Source of the DNA: Geosiphon pyriformis uo1
Taxonomy: Eukaryota > Fungi > Glomeromycota
Reading direction: 5' to 3'
NCBI GenBank assembly: GCA_016748015.1
Contig: JAAOMT010000512.1
Span: 654,719 to 718,718 of the forward strand
Length of the DNA: 64,000 nucleotides
Position 1 is the first letter of the stretch. Each line of letters starts with the position of its first letter. Shown here one piece after another: positions 39,370-51,900 of this stretch. Under the pieces are notes generated by a model. The model was given only the letters and a program-made list of their open reading frames with translations. It was not told the DNA's origin and did no database searches. The translations under genes and the position numbers were made by a program.

Positions 39370-39935
39370 CAAACAATGTTCATTTCACTCGACACACAAA
39401 TTTTATGTGACTGCAAAATACAGTTCATTTTTATGAAAATGGCAATCTCACAAAGAGTGATTAAGTTCATTTTTATGAAAATGGCAATCTCACAAAGAGT
39501 GATTAAGTTCATATTTGTATGTACCACTTAAAAATAGATACGCAGTGCATCATCTTACGGCACTTGATGTAATTTTTAGAAATTTATCCTATTAGTTTAT
39601 TCGAATTACCTTTTTTGGTAATTATATGGCACTAAGGCATTGATTAGGGTTGGTTAAATTTAAAACAGTCAACCTAAAAATTATTTTATCATCTCTCATG
39701 CTAAAAAGATAGATAATCTAAATAGTGTAACTTTTGTACAATTAATTTTTATATAGTATCTATTCGTGAAGGCGAAAAAAGCCATAATTTATAGAATTAT
39801 AAATCTACCTATTGAATATAAAAATATCAAATGTTTTATTTGAATTGTTAGATTTTGTATATTTAATAAATATATATTTTGAGGCTAGGATATCCAAGTT
39901 ACTGTATATCATACGTTAAAAGGAGAAGTTAAAAC
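39370..39935 (-). repeat. Fifth, CDS-less copy of the microgene upstream region, with an internal 42-bp tandem duplication (39422-39512)
   Basis: Matches 38175-38640 directly and 15590-15925 inverted. It is flanked by ~250-bp direct repeats at ~39085-39340 and ~39960-40200. Confidence 0.7.
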
Positions 39936-40551
39936 TGGGTGGTCCTTTAAAATCAAGAAATTTTTTTAGAAATTTTCAATATTTTTCATCGATTTAAAAA
40001 GATATAATAGAACCAAGAGGTTTTAAAGCGAGGAAATAGTTTTGCTACTAACGGCAACGGGCTCAATATAATCTATTCTATTATGTGAAAGTAATAATTC
40101 AATAAATCTTAATTCAGAGTTTTTAAAGTTATCTTTTGAATATTTAATTGGTTAGTTTTCTAGAGGGGCAAGGAAAGAATTTATCAAGTCTTTATCTATT
40201 TATCTGACTTTGAGATGCTAATTTTTTGTTACAAAGCTGACGCTATTTTAATAGTTACATTTTCTTATAACAATTCAGAAAAGCTTGGAATCCCTTGAAT
40301 AGATTTTAAATCTCAAAGAATACCAATCCCCATTAAAAGTCATTAGTGATTTTTAGAAGAAATAATTGTTTTTCCTTCTTTAATAATGGTTTTAAACATG
40401 ATTAACCACGCGGCTAAGCTTATATAAGTTTGTAATCTTAATGTTTAAGTATAAAAACTATGATTATTGTTCAATGAGATACTAATCTTCCAGAATCATT
40501 AGTTTATAGATTTAATTGTCAATTTTTTTCTTTCTTTCTTTCTTTTAATAC

Positions 40552-42203
40552 CTACCAAACTTTTTTCTTTATTTTTTTAGGGCCATAACCCATCTTTCTC
40601 CACTTTTCCAACCTCTTCTCGTCTTTTTTCGCCTTTTCTAGTTTTCTCACCTGATGTTTACTTAAAACTGGTTCAATGACTGTCGTGAAATGTTTATCAA
40701 TCCCTTCCTTTGTCACATCATCTAAAGTGTACCTTCCGAACTTTCCAAGTCGGTATTGTTTTATAAAAAAATTCGCTCCATGATGTCGATCGAGTAAACC
40801 ACCCTTTTTTAAGGCGCCAATTCGTTTACAAATTGCTGGGAGAAGAACGTTGATATCATCGGTTGGTTCCGACATATCGAATCTTTCCATGTATGCTCTG
40901 TTTATAGGCGTAAAAATTGAGATATGGGAAGAAAGCAGACTTGAGAATGAGTAAATTTGCACATGGATTCTTACTTGAACCGACCAAATGTATTTAGACG
41001 CCATAATAAGTAATCAGCCATGATTTCCACATCTACTGCGTGATCTATTATCCCACCTAAATTAATGAAATTAGAGATTATTTATATAGACCTAAAAATT
41101 TTAAACTGAATGTTAAAATAATAATTCAAACCTGTTAATGCGACTTTTAATGAACTTATAGGGTCATGAATATGTGGAATCATCACACCTAGAAAATGAA
41201 TTAAAAAAATTTAGCACTTCTTTTTACTTTGGCTAAATATAATTGCTAAAAGATTATTGCCTGGGGTATCAATTATATATACAGGTGGGTTTTCGACCAC
41301 CTTTATAGTCTGACTAACAGATCTTGTAATTCCAGGATTGGCTCCAGTTCTAGCAGCTTTCCCTTTTTGGAAAATAAATCATATAAATCATTTAGAATCG
41401 TTATATATATTTAACTGAAACATTCAAGGTTTCTTTACCTTTTCCAACACCTATACTACGCATCGAATTGATTAATGTTGATTTCCCAACATTCGGCATT
41501 CCGAATACCATCACGTTAAAAGATGAGTATTGTATAGGATCTGATCTGGCCTTTTCTGTTCATATATAACCATATGAAAGTGAAAAAATTTTTTGTTAAC
41601 CTACAAAATTCATATTAAAAAAAAAATGAAGCTAAAAAGACCAATAAAGTTCTTACCAGAAGCAACTTTGATGATATTGTGAACATTTCTATCCACATTA
41701 GCGCTCGTGAACATGACTTTTTGATTCGGAAGATATTTTTGAAAAGCATTTATAATATTCTATGTGAGAATATAGATCTAATTTATTAAATTTTCAAATT
41801 TTTGATTGAGAAATTTTATTTCTAGATTTCGAAATTACTTGTTTACAAGCCACATCTGCTAAATCCGCTTTATTATAGACAATAAGCCGATCTTTTGTAG
41901 CGGCAAGCTCTTCAAATTTAATGTTTATCGCTGACAGAGGGATGTGTAAGTCAAAGAAAACAAAAAGTTAAGGGAGCTGAGTTTATAATTTCTCAATATC
42001 AATATTTGATTTTTAAAATTCCCAGTAAAAAATATTCCCTCTTCCAGAAAAAAAAAAAAAAAGGATATCCTTGCATCACGTAACTCAACGATCATATCTA
42101 CCGATAATAATCGCTCTCCAATCACTCTAATTCCTTTCGCCATATGTCCTGGAAACCAATTTATAACTTTGTCATAGCAAAATTGTGGGCGTATTTGGAA
42201 CAT
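40552..42203 (-). CDS. MTG1: Mitochondrial ribosome-associated GTPase 1 (YlqF/RbgA family), 348 aa, 8 exons (42203-42069, 41943-41839, 41759-41657, 41555-41439, 41362-41261, 41188-41132, 41056-40975, 40897-40552)
   Basis: [41 protein letters not shown] and DTPG in circularly permuted order. The spliced frame is 1047 nt and open. Confidence 0.92.
41944..42068 (-). other. U12-type (minor spliceosome) AT-AC intron, 125 nt, in MTG1
   Basis: 5' ATATCCTTT, branch site CCCTTAAC near the 3' end, 3' terminal AC. Removal restores DAR/IPLS in phase 0. Confidence 0.9.
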
Positions 42204-42809
42204 TTTGGAAAGATAAAAAGTTTTTGGATTGACTGGTCGGATGAGATTCAGTTGATGGAAGATCAAGAAAAGGGTGAATTAATAAACAAGGTATATATGG
42301 ATAAAAGTTTTACCGAGATAAAATAGTCCGTAAATGTCTGTTTTTCAGGATTCAATAACTAAAAATAACTTGAGCAAATTTGTGTTTTAAAAATTAATTG
42401 TATATTAATATTTTTTATAAATACATTTTGATTTCTCAATTATATTACTTTATTGAAATATAAAATAAAATTTATTTAAAATAGATGTTTCATAGCTTAA
42501 AAAAGATAGAAAAGATCAATTAATTTAACAAAATTTTCTCACAAAAAAGCGAATTATTAGCCAAATAATTTATCGAGTTAACCTAATTTTATCAATTTTG
42601 AAAATATTATTTATTTATAATTTCTAATCTATCAAAGCTTTGAAGGGTACAATGATTGCATCTTTTTATTGCTATAAAATTTGTGATGAATCCTTTTGTC
42701 TTTTATCTTACATCTTTCACTCTATTATCTGAATAACTATTCCCTTTCCTTTCCTATTTAGAACTTTTGTTTACTTTTCTTTCTGATTAAAACCAAGACT
42801 TATTAAGAT

Positions 42810-43670
42810 ATGGGTACAACCAGTGGTGAGACTGATTATAGAGGCGACAATAGTGATGTTCATGGGCGTTTTGGTGGTTATGGTGTCGCTAGTCCTCGCG
42901 GTTTTGACGACAGAAATAATGATATTCGTAGTGTTCGTGTTTATAAGAAGGATTTTGACCATGATTGGGATTCGGATTGGATGCCTGATGTTGATTTGTA
43001 AGTAAATTCGTAATTGGTTTGTGAAAAAGTGGAATGAAATCAATTTTGAACAAATCAAACTCTTGCTCCTTTAGTTACGAGTTGGAAGAAGCTTTTTTTG
43101 TTAACGTTAACCTCCCGGTATGTAATTTTTATTGGGAAAAAATTGAACTCGGAGTCAACTTTTACAATTAATTTTCCTTCTATCCAAAGGGTCTTAAAAA
43201 GGATGAGGTAATCTTTTGAGATTATAACCGAAATGTCATTTTATTTAAACGAATCTAGTCACTAAACTGAAATTTCAAAGATACATATCGACGTGAACAG
43301 TAAAAACGAACTTTTTATTACTGGCACCAGACTATTCCCCAAAAAACTTATATATCTCGATCGTCGAATCACCGAGCGAGAGTATGGAAGTATTCGCCGC
43401 AGGTAGGTTTTAGGGTTTCGTACAATTTATTTTGATAAATCTTGGAAGGTTTTAAATCTTTCTTATTAGGATCGGTTTGCCAACAGATCTGGACCCTGAG
43501 AAAATCAAGGCCAAGTATGAGGAGGGCGTCTTGAATATTGAGATAAGTATACATTGGGTATTATATTAGCAGCTTATGTCACTCCCTCAGTTAATTAAAA
43601 ACGATTTTTCTATTTAGGTACCTAAACAACACAACAAGTGATCTCTCAACGCATTCAAATCGAGGATTAG
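42810..43670 (+). CDS. Small heat-shock protein (HSP20/alpha-crystallin domain), possibly damaged at the 3' end (exons 42810-42997, 43075-43117, 43190-43207, 43281-43402, 43470-43542, 43618-43670)
   Basis: WMPDVDFYE..VNVNLPGLKKDEIHIDV..LFITG..EREYGSIRRRIGLP..IKAKYEEGVLNIE. The last donor reads ATAAGT, and the RIQIED* tail is out of frame by one base. Confidence 0.8.
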
Positions 43671-44789
43671 TATTCTTCTATTCATTTTCCTTTAAATCAG
43701 CTCTTACTCTCCTTTAATAAAACTTTAATGAAGTGTTATTTTGTCTCACCCATTTGCTATTAAAATATGATCCAGCTAAAAAAAAGGATACGAGTATTCC
43801 TTTGGCAGTAAAATTTAGTCTACCAAAGCGATAATCAGAGTTATTTAGAATTTAGTGTGTGTAATATGGAAAAAGACTTTCAATACGAAATATCTCGATT
43901 AATGGAAGTAATGGAAGTAATATCGGTCCTGTCAATTGATTTTTATTGCCTCGACCCAATTTACAGGGGTTGGGTTGATATGGGTTTTTGAATTAGGATT
44001 TTTAGAATCACTGATTTCCTCTGCTAAAAGAACACCTTTAATATGGTTCAACTACAATGCAAATCTCAAATGAGCACATGGTATTGTAGTATGTTTACTT
44101 GAAATAACAATCAAATTGGTGTTACAAATTAAAAATCCAATGTGTTTTAATTATAATTATTATAATTAAAAATTGTATTTATAATCAAAAATAGAATATT
44201 GAAATAAATTATCCAATTATGAGTTATAATTTTTTTAATTATAATCTCATTTTTAATTTAAATATATAATGATAAATCAGAATACAAATTACAATTATAT
44301 ATCATAATTTTATAATAATAAAAAGCAAAAAGTATAACCAAAAATAATAAATTTAAAGTTCTAATTCTTTATATTTTTTTAATGATTTAATACTATTATT
44401 TAAAAAGTCACATTTTTTTATACATATTTTTACAATTAATATTAATAAAAATTTATTTAAAATTGAATTATATTTTTAAATAAAATAGAAAACTAAAAAT
44501 TGGAAACAAAAAAATTTCAAAAATAAAATAAAATAAAATTTGTAAAAGTTAAAAATAAATAAAAAATCTAAAGAATTTTTTGGTGAAAATTAATTGAAAC
44601 CATTTTTTTTAATGAAAATTTCTTAGACTTGTTTTTTTACATGTGAAAGAATACCCTTTATAACAAATTAATAATTAGACAAAAGTAAATTTAAATTCTA
44701 AATATTCCGGATGAAAAAGATTAAAATTAATCTCATTATGGAATTTATTATTCGATCACGATTAGATCGTCATAATTTATGAATTAAAG

Positions 44790-45560
44790 GAATTAACCTC
44801 TTGCAAAAAGATGACTTGTATCAAATGCCCCTGGATGAATTACTATCATTGAAGTTTTTCTTTTGTCTTTACATTTTTTTTTATATAATTTTCTGATTCC
44901 TTAAACTCTAAACTATCATAAGTAGGATGACTCAATGGATTAGCATCCCTTTAAGATGTCATTTATAAGAATGTGGTCATGAGAACGATCATGAAAGGGA
45001 AGCTTTCCTGTTCCTAATTCCCATAATATCCTCCCATAGCTATAAATATCACCAGCCATAGTAAAATTTTCTCCTTTTAAAATCTCTGGTGGAATGTATA
45101 GAAATACTTTTGTAAAATATTGTCCGAGTTTAGGTCATTATAAACCATACCACCAGCATGAATTGAAACAAGTCCATAAGCTATATTTCGTGCGATCTCT
45201 AATTAATCATTCCACCGAGTATGACCCCGTTATCAATGAAGATATCTCTTTGAATATTTAACTGTTAAAGTGATTACCTCTTTAAAGACCTCATCACCTG
45301 TTCTACAAAGATTTATTATAAATTTTATTGCCGCTTCTATTTAATTGAATCATAATATTTTATACTATCTTTATCAATTAATTTTTTTAATTATTTCGTC
45401 AACTACTTTATTGCCGCTTGAAAAATCACTGTGAAAGTTTTTCAAAAAATATGAATTTACATGCTCTATATGATCTCCCTTTCGAATAATATATAGTACT
45501 CTATTAACATGAGGTTCTGGACGAGTTCTTTTATTTCTAAGGTTTTCCATGATGTGGATA
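44790..45560 (-). pseudogene. Protein kinase pseudogene, related to 22190-22830
   Basis: The minus strand gives LEIARNIAYGLVSIHAGGMVYNDLNSDNIL, YIPPEILKGENFTMAGDIYSYGRILWELGTGK, FHDRSHDHILI and IHPGAFDTSHL in broken frames. Confidence 0.8.
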
Positions 45561-46274
45561 AAATCTGAATAACTATTTATGAAAATTTTTCTAAAATAGA
45601 TCCCGATGAATTTTTTAAAATCTTTTCTCTGTAATATGTTTAGTAAGTGGTAAAATCATACAAGCTACTTTAATTATTTTTAATTCTGAAACTAAACTAA
45701 TTAAAATAAATAATATTCGTTATCAAAAATTATTTAATTTATGCACTGAAAATTAATTTATCTATTTATTTCCTAATTTTAAAATTCAAAAAATATATTT
45801 TTATTGTTAGTTTTTAATGCAAAACATTATAATCCAAACTTTAAATAATCTCTCATTATCTTCAATATAAAATAAGCATAAGCTAAATAAAATTAATAAC
45901 TTAATCCTTGCTCAAAATAATATTTGCTACAAAAAATATCGGTTAATCTCTCTCCACTGAATAAAATAACAAAGTAAATTTTTTAATATTGAATTTTAAT
46001 AACTGGAATAATGAGATATAATTTATCATATTTTATTAATATTATTTACACATAAATAGTTTTATATATAATCTAATATTAATTTTATCAATTTAATTAA
46101 TTAACAAAATAAACCTTGAAAATTAAGATAAATTATTATTTATAGATAATTAAAAATTAATTAAAATTTTAATAAAGAGTTACATAGGATTGAGAAGAAC
46201 ATCTCATATAATTTCACATGGCTCTAATTTAATAGATTTGAAATTTTTAACTCACTTTTTAGTAGGATAAATGC

Positions 46275-46380
46275 TAATGAATATAGTATAGTCTTGATCA
46301 GCTTGAGTGGTTGGTCACGTGTAAAAAGCGCATGTTATAGAACATGCATATATAATTATATAACGATTAAAAAAAATAAA
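46275..46380 (+). mobile_element. Short LINE 3'-tail fragment with CpGs intact
   Basis: GTCTTGATCAGCTTGAGTGGTTGGTCACGTGTAAAAAGCGCATG plus an A-rich tail; homologous to the LINE 3' UTRs at 17728-17772 and 37180-37220. Confidence 0.6.
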
Positions 46381-46699
46381 ACCACAAACAATTATAAATC
46401 ATTATGTATATTAATTAAAAATTTAAAACTTCAATTATGTAGTTAAAATTGGTTTATATATTTATCATAATTAATAAATTATATTTTTAAAATAAAATTA
46501 TTGCAAAAAACAAAATAAGTTGTTAATTACAAATAATTTGTATCTACGTTTAATAAGACAAAACGACCACATTTTTTTAAATTATTAAACAAAACTTTAA
46601 AAAAATATTATATGAATACAAATTAAAAACTATAATTAAATTACAATAATATTATTGTATAAAAAATGTTCTGTAAAAAAGTTTTTTATTTTTAATCTT

Positions 46700-48928
46700 A
46701 TAAATCTTATATTTACTTTTATTTTTGTTAATATAATTAAGAAAACAACAATTGAATAGTAAAAACAGTTAAAAAAAACATTATAAAAGTGTTTTTCTTA
46801 AATAATAGAAAGTTAAAGCAGTTCTTGGTCATTTTAAAGACAATTTTTTCTTTTTAACAATAAGTTTTTTTTGCCAACTTTTGCATTAATTATTATTATA
46901 ATTTTTTAAATAACAAAATACAAATAAAACAACCAAAAGACAATTATTAGTACTACTATTAAATATAATATTAGCAAATTTTTAAAATACCATTTTTTTT
47001 GGTATTCTCTAAAACACCAGTTCTGTATTTTAAAAAAAAACTTTGAATTCGTTAATACTGCTTTAAAAATATTTTTGAAAATAAAACTGTAGTTTTGTGA
47101 CTTTTTTCTAGTTTTTTTATTAGTTTTATTTTACCAATTTTAATTAAAACAATTATTTCAAATTTAAATATTATTAATAACAGCATATTTATTAAAATAA
47201 ATCTAAATAAATATTTAACTTTATTGTTTATTAAAAAAAAACAAATTGTGTTACAATACATGTTTTTTTAATCAGCAAATATTATTATTTACTTTAAAAG
47301 ATTGAGATACTTTTATAAAAACTAAGACAACATTAATAATTAATATTTTTCAAAAATTAAATTATAAAAAAAAATTGTTAATATTATTAAAAATATTTGT
47401 TGTCTTTTTTTAAAATGGTTTTTTTACTTTTTTGTTTTTGGTAATTGAAAAATTGTTTTTGTATTTGCTATTATTTAAAAAGCAAAAATTATTAATATTT
47501 TATATTGTTTTTTTAAAAATATTTTTTGGAAATTTAATAATTATTATAATATTATTATTGCAAAATAACTTGTAAATTTAAGCAATTCTGTATAAATATT
47601 ATAAATTTGTTTTTAATAACTTAAATTAAATAAAAATACTTGTTATTTATAATTATTCTTTAAATATTTTAAAAAAATATATGGTTTTTATAAAATTTTT
47701 TTTAAACAATTAATTAAAAATAGTTTTAGTGTAATTGTTATTTTTATAAAAAGTTTAAAAGTTTTCTACAAAAAATTAATAGCCAATTTTTTTTTTAAAA
47801 CAATTTTTTTTATTTTTAATTTAAAGTTTTTTGTAAAAAATAAAAAATTAATGTTTTCTGGTTTTTTTGGTATTTTTACTAGTTTTTTTGTACTTGTACT
47901 AATTATAATATCCAATTTTAATCTGGTTATAAACAACAATTTTTTTTATTTTAAATAATAATAATAATAATAATAATAATATGTTTATCAAAATTGTTTC
48001 TAATTAATATATAGTTAAATTACTTAATATATTGAAATTTTAATTAATTTTAATAATATTTACAAATTATTAAAAATTTTGAATAAATATTTTTATTTTA
48101 ATATTTAATAAACTATTAATATTAAATTAATATAATGTTTTAGTTTTACATAATTTTATTTATTTAAAATTTATTATTAAGAATAATATTAACTTTTTTG
48201 TATAAAATTTACATTTTAAGTATTTTTAAATATTATTGTTAAAATTAAGCTTATTAAATTACTTTTTTTTATTACTTTTTAAGATTGTAAATCTTTTGTA
48301 ATATTTGTAATTGTTTTTAATTTTATTATTATAATTTTATATTATTTGTTTTTAAATATTTTTGGTATTTTTGGTAAAGTTTTGATATTAAATTAAAGCT
48401 TATTAGTTTATAATATTATATTACTGTGTATTTTAAATTTTTTAAAGCTGTCAAAACTGTTTTTGCTTATTAATTAATTTTAATAATAAAAAATAGTATT
48501 GAAATTATTTTTTTTGTAAATTAAAAAAATTATTGTTTTTTAAAATTTATTTAAAATTAAGTTAATTAATTTTTTTATTAATTATATAATTTTTAATATT
48601 AATAATTTGGATTTTTAAATTAGTAATCAGATTTGTTTTATTTTTTAATACCAATTATTATTTTTATTTTTAAGTTTAAAAAAACTTTTAATAAAGCAAT
48701 TATTAAAACTAATACTTTATACAAAAATTATATTTGGTAAAAAAATCTTAAATATTAATATTATATAGTATTAAATTTTAAATTACTTGTTTTTTAATTA
48801 TAAGATAGTTTTTTTATTTCTTTAAAACAATTTTTTAAATTTTTTATTATATTTAAAGTTTTATTAATTAATTTATTAATTTAATATTTTATATTAAAAC
48901 TACTGTTTTTTTAACTTTATTTTCTTGA
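46700..48928 (+). mobile_element. Highly degenerate LINE ORF1-type relic, interrupted by the LINE at 48929 (probably resuming near 55725)
   Basis: Colinear with 35450-36700 and with the reverse complement of 12350-14020. Confidence 0.55.
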
Positions 48929-51900
48929 TTTTTTTTTATTATTTTTTTACAAGTGCAGTTCAACTACTATCTAGTATACAAAGACATAAAAAAAATCCAA
49001 TTAAACATAGCTCATATACTTACTATATATAATTAGCCACTTAAGCCAATCAAGACAATACTACATATTTGTATAAACATTTGTACTATTATCTATATCT
49101 AAAAAAAAAGCATGCCTTATACAAACCAAAACTAATAGCAAAAGATTTACAAATATTAAATAAATAAACAATATCAGTAAAAAGAAGACATAGCACACTA
49201 CCAGAAGCAGTAGAAACCAAACTATCATCACCAACCAGATTATTTCTTTTTATATCTATTCTAAATTTTATTTTTAGCAATCACAATTTACTTTAATGCT
49301 TTTTAGCCAAACCATGCACAAAATTTACTATTAATTTGACCATTTCTTTTTATTATTAAAAACAGAAACCACTTCATCAACTTATTCTCTAAACACAAAA
49401 CTTTTATATAAAACTGTATAAAAACTTATATCTAAAATTCCAAAAAAAAGTGTACACAATACTACAAAAAAAAACAGAGAGTAATCAATCACTAATGATT
49501 TTCATAGATTTATATAACTTATTAAGATATAAAAATACACATTAGCATTCTCCAAACAAATAAAAATATGATTTGGTAATTTAACATTACCATATATTAA
49601 GCACAAAACACTTGGATAAGCTTTGTTATAAAGTTTTTTTCTAATCATAATTAACAGTCTTCTATAAATAGCTTTTATCAAATATGTATAAATAACAGCA
49701 AAAGTTTTGCTAGTAAAATCTAACAACATATAAAATTCAGATGCTATATTACAGCAGTACTATTTTAGTCTATATTTCTGATCAATAACTTCTAAATTAT
49801 ATATGCACTAGAATTAGTTTTTTAATAGGCATGACAAATAAACCAAAAAATGTCCTAAACAAAGTGACAAGAATTTTCTAATCTTATTATCAGCCATAAT
49901 AAATCTCACACAGTTACCCACAAAAAAAACAAAACCAAATTGGACTGCTTTATATATAAGAACATTAGTTTTTTTATTACCAATATTCTCAAAATGACCC
50001 TTGACTTTTACTTACCTAACAGAAATATTTTTAGATCTTATTAAATTAACTATATGACACCTTTTTACTTAGCATCTGTTCCAAAAGTCCAGCTGATAAA
50101 GTATGAGCTCCAAATTACAAGCATCTAAAGTGGTTTGGCTATTAATGTGAATTACTACTAAACATAATAATAGAATATATTCCAAAGCCAAAGCAACTGT
50201 TTAAAGTTTAGTTAATATAGATGAAAAAAGCCTGTATATCTTAACATCTATATTCACTTTAATATTAAAAAAATAAGCTGTTGCTCTATCAATAATTTTA
50301 ATCATGCCAAACTGTCTCAGAAAACCATCTATATATATATTAAACTCATCAGTTTACAATCTATGCAAACTATTCTGAACAACTGAGAAGTCACTTGAGC
50401 AAAGAAAATTTGAGCAACCAGATATACAACCACTTTTATTAGATCTAATTGGGTTTCTGTTTATGTAAAATAATGTTTTTTCAAATCATAATAGTACTAA
50501 ATTCTTAGAACTCAATTTTTTCTAATAACAAAAAGTGCTCCAACTTATTACTAACTCTTATTTATTCAATAATTTGTTACCAAAGGCAATACTAAAACAC
50601 TTTAATAAATAAACCACCTCAAAATAAAAAAAATCTCTCAAGATCAGAGACATTAAAAACTGGCCAACATTATAAAACATATTAGGTAAGTTGTTAGACA
50701 AAGAAATCTTATTATTCAAAAAATTTTCATAATACCTACTAAAAAATTATTCACAGAATTGACTTTTAATCTAACAGAATATTGCAGAAAATTTAAAAAA
50801 CTCCAACCAAAAACTTGCAAATCCAAAAAGCAATATTCAAACAATTGTTTAAGTATTTTAGATATATTAAAAAACATAATTAAAGAAGTAATCTTGCTTT
50901 TTACTTATAACTGCTTAAATAATCTTAAACTATAAAGAAAAGAGTAATATAAAGCTTCAATCAAAAAATTACCAAACAGATTGGCCTTAGATCTTAGCTC
51001 TCTTCTTAGTAAAACATCCTATTTCTAGCACATAGTCTTAAAAATAAAGCTAAATTGTATATAGTAATTAACTATAAACTATAAAATTGCTAAAACCAGA
51101 TATGAAAATTGTTTATTTAACAATGCTTTCTTGAGAACTAAATTGGAAAAAAATCTAACATCAGATTGAGCTTTAACAAGACTAGATTTAAACAAACTAT
51201 TTATTAACAAATAGATTCCTAAATACCTATAATATTTATTATGTTTGGCAATAGATATTGGTTGACCACAAATCTGCAAGAATACAACTTTAATCTTTTG
51301 ATTAATTAGAATTACCAGTTTTGTTATTGTTAATAGAAATATTATTCAACTCAAAAAATTCACTAGTTATGTTCAAGATGTATTGTATTGAAGCCTGACT
51401 ATTTTCAACTCAAATTGTATTATTGACAAATGCACCAGTCATAAAGAAAAAAAATTTACTCCCACTGGTCTTTAATTTGCCTGTTTTTACTACAAAGTTT
51501 GTATTGATCTTGTATCTACACAAATGTTCTTGTTTTTTAATCTTACACAACAAAAGATCATAAAAAATTCTTTACAAAAGAGATAAAAACACCTCACTTT
51601 AATCTAGTCTATTTATTACTATATAACTATCTAAAAAACCAAAGTCAGTCATTACTCTGTTGATTCTGTTTATGTATATATTCTCAAAAAATTTTATGAA
51701 TTCACTACACATCTTAATATGCTTTAAACTAGTCTTGAAATAATGCCACTCAACTAAATCATATGTCTTATGCATATTTTAAAAAATTAGTCAAACTTTA
51801 TAGTCTTTTTCCAAAGTATTTTTTACTATAAAGCCAATAACAAAAACAAAAAAATAAGTTGAAGTATTCTTTAAAACAGAAAAATTATTATTATAAAGCA

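Noticed and set aside
39319-39531. 70-aa ORF with repeated FIFMKMAISQRVIK
   Set aside because: Produced by a 42-bp tandem duplication in a non-coding upstream-region copy.
40552-42266. ORFs 40552-41004 and 41925-42266 as separate proteins
   Set aside because: They are the last and first MTG1 exons read into introns; the 42266 start is TTG, and the first in-frame ATG is 42203.
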